Shown: in pieces, positions 51,581-63,587 of the stretch
How the letters are laid out: the number at the start of each line of letters is the position of its first letter
Numbering within the stretch: position 1 is the stretch's first letter
Assembly (NCBI GenBank): GCA_013265495.1
Contig: MU058221.1
Coordinates: 1,178,001-1,242,000, forward strand
Length of the DNA: 64,000 nt
From: Vicugna vicugna
Lineage: Eukaryota
Direction: 5' to 3'
Notes under the pieces: generated by a model
What the model saw: the letters and a program-made list of their open reading frames with translations, nothing else
Database searches by the model: none
What the model was told of the DNA's origin: nothing
Translations under genes and position numbers: made by a program

Positions 51581-52500
51581 TCTGTAAGATAATCAATTTC
51601 AAGCAAGCAATTCTGAGCTTCGAGAACATTAAATAAGACTTCCATCTATTATACATGGACAATAAGGAATTGGGACACTGCTGCCAGGTTGATTACCAAT
51701 TATTTGGAGAAAGATGGCCCCAGACTCTTAGCTGATTAAAGAAATGACTTGGAGTTGTTGATTCTTGTGTGTGTTGCATACCTACTAAAACATATGAGAC
51801 TTCCCTGGCATATAACTTATGTCTGCATGAAAATGGCAAAGAAGAAGGTCTTGCTTTCTGCATGGAATTTAAAGTCAAAGCCAAGGTTAAAATAATAGTG
51901 GCCATTATGAGTGAAATAAAATGAGTGGGATTAAGTGAGATAAATAGCAGTACAAAAAGTGATCATAAAAAATTAACCGTTTTAATTCTAGCTAATTCTT
52001 CCAGAGAGCAATAATGAAGGCACCACACAGGCAGTCATCTTAAAGCCTTCACAAAGAAATCTCTATTTTCTTTGTGATTTTGTACATATTTTATAAATTT
52101 GAAAATGCCTCTGGGAAATTAATTCTGATGCTTCAGAATTTCACCTGAATATATAAAATTATACAAAGCCAGACTTGGCAATTTGTATGGGAATCAGGCC
52201 ACATCTGTCATTGTCTGAGAGATATCCAGACAGAAACAGAAAACAACAAAACAATGTTTTAAGAGTTTAAGAATTAAAAAATACACTAATGGAAGCATAT
52301 GCTCTTAGTGAAGTCCAGGTGCGGTGTCTGCTAGATAATCTAAAATAACGTAGGTAAATTGAAATCTGTTAAAAATTTATGTTCTTTTAAAAAGGATATC
52401 CCAGAAAGTTAACTTAAATTGAAAAAAAAAAAGATAAATGAAAGGGATGATGTAGATTACCTTAGTTATTTTAATAAGAAATTAAAGATATAGCATTGCA

Positions 52501-52875
52501 TGTACTAGGGACTGAACTGTGTCCCTCTAAATTTCGTAAGTTGAAACCGTAACCCACCATGTGATGATTTTTGGAGATGGGGAGTTTAAAAGATAATTAG
52601 ATATAGATGAGGTCAGGAAAGGGAGGCGTTCATCATAAAAGTAGTGCTCTTAGACAAGAAGAGAGATCAGACAGTCTCTGTCTGCCCCTCTGCCATATGA
52701 GGACACGGAGAAGGTGGCCATCTACACTCCAAGAGGGGATCTCTTACCAGGAGCTAATGACTCTGGCACCTTGACCTTGGGCTTCTAGCCTCCAGAAATA
52801 TGAGAAAATAAATTTCGGTTTTTTTAAGTCACCCAGTGTTGTATTCTTCAATGGCAGCCCAAGGTGACGAAGGCA
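52501..52875 (+). mobile_element. MaLR solo LTR (MLT1A/B-like)
   Basis: TG start, GGACTGAACTGTGTCCCTC, TGAGGACACGGAGAAGGTGGCCATCTAC, GGCACCTTGACCTTGGGCTTCTAGCCTCCAGAA..TGAGAAAATAAATTTC, ends GGCAGCCCAAGGTGACGAAGGCA. Confidence 0.88.
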
Positions 52876-53593
52876 ATGTGCTAAACATAATTATAATAAG
52901 CAAGAAGATTTGTGTGTATGTGTGTCTGTGTGTGTCCACACAGAAATATGTTAGAGACAGGGACAGCAGGTGGTAAGATAAAAGGGAAGAAGTTGCAAGC
53001 AAGCTATACAGATACATCTCTTCTTCCCAGGACTCTCTGAGGTGGTGACTCTGATACCTCTGTGTATGGCAAAGCAGAATATAAATGAAATTTGAGTCAT
53101 AACCCCTGACAACAGTGACAAATCTACTATTCTCGCTTGCTCTGTGCACCGCCAGAATCTCCTGTACACCACGATTACATTGTATTCTTTTCAAAATGCA
53201 AAAACAAAAAAGATCAGAGGTTAAACTTTTAGATTATTTTCTTTTTTGTCCCTTATCCTGGCTTCCTAACTGGTATCTCTGTTTGGTTTCAGACAGTCCA
53301 TTTGATTTGAAGCCAATGAACAAAGACTGCATTTTTCACCAAGCATATTCCATCGTACTATAATGAAGTCTTTTAAAATACCATTTTCCAAAAAACAGTA
53401 GCTCTTGGAGTGCCGTGCAAGAAAAGTGCAACACTGTTGACCTGTATCACATGTATATTTTGGAACTCAAGCATTTACTAATTTCATAATCAGGTTAGGT
53501 GATCACAAGACGGCAAAAAGAAAACAAAATAAAAATCCCATCGTTGTTTACCGCTAGATGCCATGGCCCCGTATTCAGCACATGCTGAGGTGA

Positions 53594-54207
53594 CGTTGCT
53601 GCAGGAAGGCGGAGAAGGAGGACTGATAAAATGGCCGCATTCTGGCTAACAGATCGCTTATGCTTAAGCTCGCCCTTAAAACGGTCCACTGACCTGACTG
53701 ACTGCTTGCTGCGCATGGTTCCAGGCCCACTGTTAACGCTGAAGCTATTGATCTGCCTGTTTCTACTTAATTCCAGTCACTGAAAATTATCATCATGCTC
53801 GGTCTCTGAGTCGTTCTCCAGAGGGAAGGTCACAGGACTGTAACCTTGCAAAACAGCCTGAATGACCAAGAAGACCACACTTCGGGCGCTTATAAGACAA
53901 AGAGATGGAAAGAGTGACAACCGCCAGCCTCCACAGACTTGCTCACCTGGAGACACTGTGACGCCGCTCTGAGTCTTATGAGAAGAAAATGATTCTGCGG
54001 CTTGTTACCAGTGCTGTGTTGTCTGAGCTCTGGCTGTACAAGCACCCTGCCCCATCCCCAAGGGGGGCTCACAGGTCTGAAGGCCCCAGCCTGCTGGGAG
54101 GCCCTTTGCCCGGCAAAGCAGTAAGGCTACCTCCCTCCTTCTGAGCTCCAAGCCCCTGCCTCTGAGTTATTCGGCTCGTCAGGGATGGGGCCGATCTTTC
54201 AGCCACA
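53594..54207 (+). mobile_element. ERV1-type solo LTR (~614 bp)
   Basis: Termini CGTTGCTG / CAGCCACA, near-TSD GTGA/GTGG, and R-U5-like CCTGCTGGGAGGCCCTTTGCCCGGCAAAGCAGTAAGGCTAC with a degenerate polyA signal at 54120. Confidence 0.7.
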
Positions 54208-54209
54208 GT

Positions 54210-54370
54210 GGCATAAGGTCACCAGGAGCTGTAGGTGGAGGCAAATAGACTTAAACGTGAACTCTGCCACTGCCACCAACGGGCCATGTGATCTTTAGAG
54301 ATTTAATGATAAATTACATACAAGGCGCGTATCACAGTGAATGTCGGTCAGTCACTGCTCACCTAATGCT
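54210..54370 (+). mobile_element. MIR fragment
   Basis: AACTCTGCCACTG..CCATGTGATCTT...GAGATTTAATGATAAATTACATACAAGGCGCGTATCACAGTG. Confidence 0.55.
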
Positions 54371-55299
54371 GATTGACAGAAGTCTTTTTGAATTTGTCAT
54401 TGGAAGGGTATCTATTACATTGTTTCCACACATTAGGATGTATTTTGATATGCAAATGTATGTGTAATTATAATATTTCCTATTTATGGATTCAACAAAT
54501 CTTTGTTGTGCACCAATGACGCCATATACGATTACAGGGGGCAATCTGTTCATACACAAATCAGCCAGTCCTCAAACTACTGAGGTGTGCCATTAGGTTA
54601 TCAAATTTCATGTGTCGCAGTGTTGATTTACATCCTGTGGTTACTATACCTTTGTAGCATAAGCACAATACAAACTTGAAATGATATCTTTGGAAAAAAA
54701 AAATTCAAAAATTGAAACAAAAAAACCCCCTGAGCTATATAGCAGCAAAAAGTGCAGTGATTTCAACAACTAGTCTATTACAAATATTACAAATGAAATT
54801 TTTTTTTCTTCATTAAAGTGCCCTGAGCATTTGCCCACACACTTGGTGTCAAATAAATGTACTAACCTGATATAAGGCATGCGTGTGTCTGTGTATATGT
54901 ACCCTGGTACATACATCCGTATAGCAATCACTATGCACGTACACATACACTGCACAGGGAAAGGCAGGCTGAGCTAACAGCCCAATGGTATGCCCATTAT
55001 TAAATAACTGTCTCTCAGCTCCAGTCTTTTTCCTCTGTGCTCTGTTTTGCAACAGTAAGACTGGAACTCTGCAAGCCACATTTGCACCTCGCTGGCTACT
55101 TCTCTCAGGCCTTCCCGTGGGGAGCGCAGAAGGAAGCCGCGTGTTCCCTGCTCCTATTAGTAACAACTTAGTTTCTTTGTCCAGAAGAGGCAATTTGTTT
55201 GCCCTGTGTTTTCTAGAAGGGCCCTGCAGGTTTATGGACTGTAGGACCGGGGAGAAGTAGGGGGTTATAGGTGGAAGTGCACTGAGTCCTGAATCAAAG

Positions 55300-55620
55300 T
55301 GCAGAAAAAAGCGTCTTCAGGACTCCCCTTCTTCCCCTCCCAACCCCCCTCTGAGGAGGCCTTCAAGGGGAGGAAGGCCCTAGGTAAAAGGGGCTCCAAA
55401 CGGAGGCACCTGCGTGTGAGGGGCGGGCCACCGGGGCACCTGCGGCCTCGACTCCGACTCCTCCCGCAGGCTGGGGCGCGCCGGCCACGCAGCAGACCTG
55501 ACGTGGGAGAGCGGCTTGCCTCCCCGAGGCCTGAGGCGGAGAGCCTTCTCAATCCCAGGTGTTTGTGCCTGGAAAGTCACCAGTGGGACTCCGGCCCACG
55601 GCTGGACGATTCAGTGTCCT
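55300..55620. promoter_or_regulatory. GC/CpG-rich promoter-like patch
   Basis: GGCACCTGCG twice (55405, 55435), GC box GGGGCGGGCC (55420) and TGACGTGG (55499); CpG-dense. Confidence 0.35.
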
Positions 55621-56423
55621 CTTGTCCTTTCCCAGTCAACCCAGAGACCTTCCTCTCTCCCAATACCATGCAGTTCTTGTGTGTACTTTTTCTTCATCAT
55701 GGACTATTTTTGCTCTTTGTAGAACTTGATACAATATAATGATAAAATCAATAGGTATGGACGGCATGCAGTTACAGGAGAGGAGAGAAGGAAAAACAGG
55801 CAAATTCCATGAGAAGTCAGGAGGAGACGGTACCTGGAGCTCAGGCAGAGAGGCTGACCTCAGAAAGACTAACAGCGGGACGGACAGAGGAGGGGGTGGG
55901 GCTGAGGTGATTTCTACTAAGGAAATAGGGATGAGCTGAGAATATCATGTGTACTATTTTAACTTTCAATATATTACATTTTGTTAACAATTTTCTAATT
56001 CCAATCCATTCTGTTGCACCGTATTTGATGATGAAGTACTTTTAACACCTGGCCTTGAAGGATAAAGGTTAATTTATAAGTGTTTATTAGAACCATATGA
56101 AAAAGAAAAAACTTAAATCCTCAGTGTATCCAATTCATGTAAAAATCATGAAAAAAAAAAAACCTCAGGAAAAAAACTAAGCACATGAAAAAAGCAATAA
56201 ATGTTTCTAAATAATAGGTTAGCACATACAATGTTAACGTCTGAGTGGATAGTAATGGAAGAGATGCTTAAAATGTCAGTGTCAGTATGGGCGACAATGG
56301 TTATGCTTTGATGCAAACTATGGATGCACAGATTGATAAAAAAATTACTTAGAATATTTCAGTATATAGATGTAATTGTATACACACTGAAGTAATAAAT
56401 ACATCCATATAGACACAGATATA

Positions 56424-56446
56424 TGTGTGTGTGTGTGTGTGTGTGT
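56424..56446. repeat. (TG)n microsatellite
   Basis: About 11 TG units. Confidence 0.9.
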
Positions 56447-57264
56447 TTATATTGCGTTTGTTACTGCAACTTCACTTTTAGGAATTCATCATACAGGAAC
56501 CATAAATGATGTGTTTGTGTCTTTACCTACAAGAATTTTGATCCACATGCATGTTAATTGGTGATACAACCGAAAAACTCTCTCAAGTTCAACAATAAAA
56601 ATATAGTTATTCATACAGTAATACAGATAAATATGTAAAAAATAGATGCTTATAGTTAACTGAGAACACCTTCTAAAAATCATATGAAATATAAACCTAT
56701 TTGTATAGATGTACATATAGTACAATGAAATCTCATAGCATTTGTTTAGTTGCCGTCTCTTAATTGGTGGGATTCCAATGTGGGCTTTTGACGTTTCTTC
56801 TTTTTCTTTATCAAGATTGTCTAAGTTTTCCACAATAAATATGCATTGTTTCATAATAAGAAAAATAATTTGCCTCCATAATATACTGTAGTTTGTGCTC
56901 CCCACATTTTAGTTGCTGTTCCGTGTTGTAGCTATCAAGCAAAGCCCTTCGAGACTCCAGGGCAATATAGTAGAACAGGTTTGCGACTGATCCTCACAAT
57001 CTTAAACTCTCTGAGGATTTTCTGGGTTTTATTGCTTTCATGGCTTAATGTCAACTGTTTTTCATAAGAAAAGATATCTTGGGTATTTCAATCATTATGT
57101 GAAAAAGAAAAGCGTATTTTGTCATGAGGGATTAAAAATGACTACTTGGCTCTCCATGAGATCATACATTTGTTATCTTTTATTTTATACTTTTTGTTTG
57201 GAAAATGCAGTAAGACTAAAGTCATACATTGCAACTGTAATAATAATATAGCACATATTATTTA

Positions 57265-57490
57265 AGGCAGAATAATATAGGGAGAGCTACCATATGAGAA
57301 AACTTGGCTTCAAATGCAAATTTTTCCAATGACAATTATGTGATATAGAAATGTTTGTTTATGTCAATGTCTCCGAATAGCCCCTGTAAATACCAATTAC
57401 CCTTCCTTCTTCATACGTTTACATGAGGCTTAAATGAATAATGCACAAGGACTGACACATTAGAAGAAGGCACTTATTGTAAGTTATTAG
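57265..57490 (+). mobile_element. MIR fragment
   Basis: CTTGGCTTCAAATGC...TATGTGA...ATGAGGCTTAAATGAATAATGCACAAGG..CTGACACATTAG. Confidence 0.5.
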
Positions 57491-57645
57491 ATTTTTTAAT
57501 TGTTCAACAACAAAATATGTAATTTCAGATGCTGATCAGTCATCTGAAAAGATAAACAAGGCACCATAATGATCTGACTATGTGGGAAGGAATACTTCAG
57601 ACTGAGGGACGGAAGAGAACCATATGATACGCTGGCATTGAGAAA

Positions 57646-58196
57646 TGAGTTAGTTTTCTATTGCCGTAGAAAGAATTGGCAACACATTTAAAGGCTTAAA
57701 GCAGCGCCTATTAATTTTCCAAAATTTTTATAGGCTAGGCATCCAGGAATCCCTGACATGGCCCTCTGTTCAGGGACTCACCAGGCTGAAATCAACACAT
57801 CAGGTAAAGGCCATCTTACTCAGAGCCCAGGGTCCTTTTCCAAGCTTATTAGGTTATTAGCACAACTGAGTTTCTCATGTAAGAAGAAGTCTCGGTGAGA
57901 CTGAGGTCTTCGCTGTCACCCAAGCTGCACGCTGGGGATCTCTCTCAGCTCCTGTAGGACACCCTCAAGTCTGAGAAGCGTCATCTTTCCACTACATGGA
58001 AGCTTACTTCCTCAAAGCGTAGAAAAGCCTCTCTCCAATCTACTAACGTGGAAGCATTTGCAATGTAACGTAACCATCACAATGACAGCCCCATCATATC
58101 CACAAGGCCTGGGGACACTCCGAGAGAGGGAGTTATAAAGCACTTGTCAACAGGAGGCAGGAATCTCGACGCCATCTTGGAAGTCTGCCTTCTGCA
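57646..58196 (-). mobile_element. MaLR solo LTR (MLT1E/F-like)
   Basis: TGAGTTAGTTTTCTATTGCCGTAG...GGCTTAAAGCAGC...CTCACCAGGCTGAAATCAA...GGAGGCAGGAATCTCGACGCCATCTTGGAAGTCTGCCTTCTGCA. Confidence 0.8.
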
Positions 58197-61100
58197 AGAC
58201 AAAGGTGATGAGAAGGGACTAGTCTTAAAAGTTCGCTGGGCAGATAATTTTAGACTGAGAAGAGACAGAGATAGGCATACAGAACTGGACGTCATTTTTC
58301 GCACGTGCAGTGGTCTAAACTCCGTCCTGTTGACTGATGATGCTTCATTCCTTGAATCTGAAGGATGCAGCATTCCTGTGTTGTAAGTACCCCCTTCTAC
58401 CCACTGTGGTACTGCTTTTGTAGTCTGTGGTAATCGTTCCAGTGACTTCAGCACACAATAATTCTTTGGGTTTTCCAGTTACAGTACTGGCCGTCATATT
58501 AGCAACCTGCTGCACATTTCTTAAAGTTAATAGAAGAAATAAGGAAACCATAGGATGGAAAGAGTTAAGGAGAAAGAGAGCCAGAGAAAGACAGACAGAG
58601 ACAGACAGAGAAATCCTAAAAAGGTAACATCATAATGCAAATTAAACTCAGGAACTAACCATCAAATAACTAAATCTGAACTGAAATGGTGAAAAAGTGA
58701 TAAACACATGGGCGTACCATAAATCATAACAATAGACGGAAACTGGGCAAATTGCCATTGGCTTGCCATATGCTTTGAAGATTATCTGGGATCCACAATG
58801 TATCCTAAACAAGATTAAAGAATATACAACGTCTTGAAAATTCAGTGTTGTCGTGATTTCAATATTTAGAGGTCAGGGATCAGGACGAGAATCAGATTTG
58901 CAAAAGAACTGAGGAAGTTGACTTCAAACCACATCAGATCATCAGAATGTGAACAGACTCATACCGAGGACAAGTACGTCCATCCCAGCGACAAATGCGT
59001 CTATTCTGCAGTAGGCAGCATCAATAAGAGCCAACATAGAGCTAGTGTTTCATATGTGCTAAACTGTCTGTAACACTGTTTACTTTAATTCTATAGGAGC
59101 ACCAATACTGAAGCAGGATGGAGGTGCCACAGACCTCTGGATGATGCCAAATATAAAGCTGCTGTCTCTTGCCTCATTTTCAACACACTTGAAAATAAAG
59201 CACAAAGAGGCAAAATCTCTTCTGTGGCATTTGGCTTATACCTCAGCCCTATCACCATAGCCACTGAGTTGTGGTTAAATGAGGAGAGAATACAAGTAGG
59301 GTTGGCCTTCAGTTTAAGACACATGGAGGAAGTCTAAACATTTTAGGCTAACACTGAAGAAATATGAGACCATAAATATTTTTCTTTTATCTATCTATAC
59401 ATGTGGAAACATTTTCCAGACCTTACTTTTCCTAAAACTTAAACTTTGTGCTTCTGTTTATTGTTCACTGAATGACAGTAGAATTCCTTTCTCAAAGTTA
59501 AATTGGGGGCTAAGTTAATGGGCAAAGCTTTTGGAAGAAATTTTTGTTTCTCAAATTGGTTTTCATGCAAGACTGATGTACTTAACTGTTACTTCTTTTA
59601 ACTCTAAAGTCTGGTTCTAGAATATACTAACCTAGTGTGAAAATAGAAACTAATGCTTCCAGAATAAATGGCAGGGGAGAGACTTCCTAGAGTTAACTGA
59701 TCTGCCTATGATAATTTATAGGAAATCCTCCTTTAAAATAGTGCACCATTTATAGTTCCTTCTTTACTCTCTTTTTTCTTCACTCTCCTTCCCTGGATGT
59801 TTCTACATCTAAATAGTTTATAAAGGACAAGAGTAGGGAGTGAGTGGGATGAATGGGTTTCACTGCTGAAAGAAACATCCAGGGCAATAGAAGACACCTG
59901 TCCCATCACCTGGATACAGTATTTAAGTTGAGGTACGTGCAACAAGAGGAGACACACTTTCCCACATGGGCTCCATTTCATGAACTGAAGCCCAGATTGA
60001 CCAAGAAGTGAAAGTGAATCTTATATAATACAGCTCTATTAGCCTTATTAATAGTCTCTCGCCTCTCCCATCCCCATTTGATTTCACACGCACATTTTGT
60101 AGATTAACTCTCAGTTTGGATTTCTTGGTAAGTTTATGTTTTTATTATGTTTATTTCTTAACATTTTAGAGGAAATTTTGCAACAGCTACACAAGGATTT
60201 TTTTTTGTCATTCTACAAATAAGTTAAAATTCTTTGGGGGGCTATAATGTAATTTACTGCAGGTACTCATTTATTCAAATTAGAGAGAAGCAAAAGGCAT
60301 TGCCTACTATAAATATCACACCTGGGCCAGTTGCTTCCCTCAGGATGGCTGGGGTTTTTGATTCTGCTAATGACAAACTTTAGTACTTCTCTGGGGACCA
60401 GGCAAGGCAGATCTGCTCCTGGTCTACCACAGGTGGAATTGAAGAGAAGGAAGTGAATTCTATTCTTCACGTGTTTTAAAACTGCAAAAAGTATGGCTAA
60501 ATTCTAGTTATGAAAGTTAACCAGTCTGTCAATCTTATGACTTTAATGCATTCAATATTCCAAGAAAATGTTTCTTGTGGTCTGGCATCTGAAAATACTG
60601 ATTTCTTGAATTTAAGTTTTGATGCTGTGTTCCAGAAATCCTAATTGTAACAATTTCAAGCAAATGGTTGTACTGAATGATATGTTCACTACCCTTTAAA
60701 TGTGCAAAGAAAATGTTTCTGAAGAAGGAAAAGTCACTGCCCAATTCTGTTGACAGTTTTTTCTTAATTACGGATTTGAGGTGGCTTATGAAAATTTCTT
60801 GCAGTTTGCAAGCATCTCTATACAGTACAGGTAATTTACTCTCACAAAGCTTTCTGCTTAAACTGCCGAGTCCATGACACAGTGTACTGAAAAAGTGAAA
60901 TACTAGAATTTAAAAATTTACATTCATAGTTATTATTATAACTATGGAAACACCAGTGCGTACCTTTCAGATCAGCTGCACCTCAGTTAGTCTGCTGCTT
61001 TCATTTATAGCTCCTAACCATTTAAAGTTTTCTTTACACTAATACGCTATACTGCAGGATGTCATCAATGTGTATTTGTTGTGTGTTCACAAGTGGCATT

Positions 61101-61421
61101 TAAAAATGATTTTCCCCCTCGAATGCTACACATATTGGTATGCACTGACTTGTTTTCACAGGTGCGCTTTGGAGTCAAATAATAGGCTACAGTTTGTTTT
61201 TTATACACATCACTGATTTTGGTTTATTCAATAAAGAGATTCATTACCTGATATTCATTTTATAAAGACAATTCAATTTTCCTTAATGCAAATCACAATC
61301 AAAGCTCTATAACAGAAAAGTTAGCAAAATTCTCACTTAACAAGTTCGGAGAAAATTAAATTAAGAATTACACTAGGCAGCTAAGTGTGCAACTGTGCTT
61401 TGGCATTAGAGCTGAGAAAAG

Positions 61422-61423
<2 letters not shown>

Positions 61424-61452
<29 letters not shown>
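61424..61452. repeat. (GT)n microsatellite
   Basis: About 14 GT units. Confidence 0.95.
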
Positions 61453-61461
61453 CATCCCCAA

Positions 61462-62056
61462 TGTGGTAGGCAGACTAATGGCTCCCTGAAGAAAGATGTC
61501 CAAACACCAATTCCCAGGACATGTTAATATGCTAAGTTACATGACAGAAAAAGAACTTTACAATGGACATTAAGATAAGAATATTACCCTGAATTGTCTG
61601 GGTGAGTCCACTATAATCACATGAGTCCTTCAAAGTTGAAAACTTTCTCGGACTCCCGGCAGCCAGGTGCAGACGAGGGGCATGCTAGAGTGCTTTGAAA
61701 CCTGAGGAAGATTTTAGTCATCGCTGCTGGTTTGAAGAGGGAAGGGTCAATGTGAAAAGGGATGCAGGTGGCCTGAAGGAGCGGAGAGAGGTTCCTGGCT
61801 GGCAGCCAGCAAGGAAATGAGCTAAGTTCTACAACCCAAACATCAGGCACTGAATTCTGCCAACAGCTTGAGTGAGCTTGAAGTGGATGGTCCCCCAGAG
61901 CCCTCAGGTACGTGCATGCACTTGCCAGCACCTTGATTTTGATACAGACACCACCCCACATTCTGCCCTACCAAACTGTGAGATGAAGTCTATTGATTTT
62001 TAATTCATATATTAGTGGTAATTTTTTATGATGGCAATTTAAAAAAAAGCAATATA
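61462..62056 (+). mobile_element. MaLR 5' LTR (MLT1E-like)
   Basis: Starts TGTGGTAGGCAGACTAATGGCTCCC; internal CAGCCAGCAAGGAAATG...CTGAATTCTGCCAACAGCTTGAGTGAGCTTGAAGTGGAT; ends AAAAGCAATATA. Confidence 0.85.
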
Positions 62057-63040
62057 GATTTTGGTATCAGAAGTGAGGTCTATTGTGACAAATGCCTAAA
62101 AAATATAAAACTGGCTTTGGAAATGAGCAGTTGGCAGGGACTGGAAGAACTCTGATGAACATGACAGGAAAAGCCCAGAGTTGCTCAAAGAAAATGTTAG
62201 GAGTAACATGGATGTTAACAAATCTGCTATCAAGGGCTACAAAGGAATTGAGTAGCATAACAGGAAATCTAATTGCCTTAGAGATAACCTAAATTATCGC
62301 AGACAGACTCTTCATAGAAATATAGACATTAAGCTGCTGCTGGTCTGGTCTCAAAAGGTGAGCAGCATATTAATGGCAAATGGCAGAAATTTTAATGGAA
62401 TTGTGTCTTGCAGTTTTACGTAAAGCAGAATTTGTAAATAAATTTGGATATTTAACCCAGGGTGCATCCAAGCAATGTACTGACACTGCGATCTGGTTTC
62501 TTCTTGCTGCTTCTAGTAAAATAAAATCACAGCAAGGGAACGATTGTAAAAAAAAAGAATAACCAAGACCTGGTAATTTGGCTGATCCCCAGCCTGCTCA
62601 GACAGGAAAGACATTAACTGAAGAGATTCAATGTCAGGCAAGCATACCCTAGAGTAAAAGACACATGTTGAACCCTACATCTCTTCTCTTAAAACAGGGG
62701 AAGACCGAAAGCTACAGTAAGCAGGCACGACAGATTCAGGGTATGGTTCACAAACCCCAAGTGTATTAGTTCCAGCGTTTTCAGCAGAAGGGAAAGACAG
62801 AGCTGGACCTATTTCAGCAAGATGTGTGAATGTGCCTCTTGTCTAATTAACTGAATTCTTGTGAAATATAAGGGAGACCAACAAAGTTCTTAAAAATTGC
62901 ACATCAGCAGAAACACTGCCAACTTGGACTGAAAGGGAAAGAGAGGGCACAAAATGAGAGAAGGCTATTAGACCCCCAGATTTCTACTGGCTGGAAGCTG
63001 GATAATAAATCTACTCGGCTGTAAACATGCGCTATTTTTC
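62057..63040 (+). mobile_element. MaLR internal region (MLT1-int) contiguous with the 5' LTR
   Basis: Begins GATTTTGGTATCAGAAGTG immediately after the LTR; GGCTTTGGAAATGAGC, GGCAGAAATTTTAATGGAATTGTGTC, CTGGTTTCTTCTTGCTGCTTCTAGTAAAAT. Confidence 0.8.
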
Positions 63041-63126
63041 CTGAAGTCATAATCAATATTTGTGATTCAACACATTTGTTTAGGTTCCAAGTGAATTATA
63101 AACATTTACCTTGATTTGACGTGTCT

Positions 63127-63582
63127 CGTTGAGGACCCCGGCTCCTGGCCACAAATCTGTATGTAATCTTTCAAGCCTGACCACAGGCAGTTGCAAAGGC
63201 TTTATCTGGCATATCTCACAGGGTGAGAAGCTGCCCTTTTTACAAAAGACTTGGTGCACAGCCAGTGCATCCCAGTTTCTGAAGGTGGCTGCAGGCAAGG
63301 ACTCAGGCCCCCAGCTGACCGTGCTTTGATGCACGTCTGAAGTCCCAGCTCAGGCACTTCCATTCCAGACCTCCATGCTGGGGCCCTCAGCAGGGGGCTT
63401 TCTCAGGCACGTCTGCTAAAGCCTCCTTCTCAGATGGACGTAGGAAACCATGAGAACACTTTTTATCTGCTCTGACTCTACACTTTTTCACTCTTAGCCC
63501 TTACCTCTCTTTCTCCTCCCAGCCCCAAGTTCCCTAAGACTACAAGGACTGTTTTTTTCAGGGCTCCCTCAACAGTGAGACC
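63127..63582 (+). mobile_element. ERVL LTR (MER74-like), apparently interrupted by a younger LTR
   Basis: CTTAGCCCTTACCTCTCTTTCTCCTCCC...TTTTTCAGGGCTCCCTCAACAGTGAGAC resembles recalled MER74 consensus. Confidence 0.5.
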
Positions 63583-63587
63583 ATTTC

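Noticed and set aside
53546..53566. CTCF-like site CCGCTAGATGCC
   Set aside because: Mismatch in the conserved GGC core; cannot be supported without data.
58635..61293. Additional isolated octamers (58635, 61286)
   Set aside because: A few ATGCAAAT hits are expected by chance in AT-rich DNA of this length.
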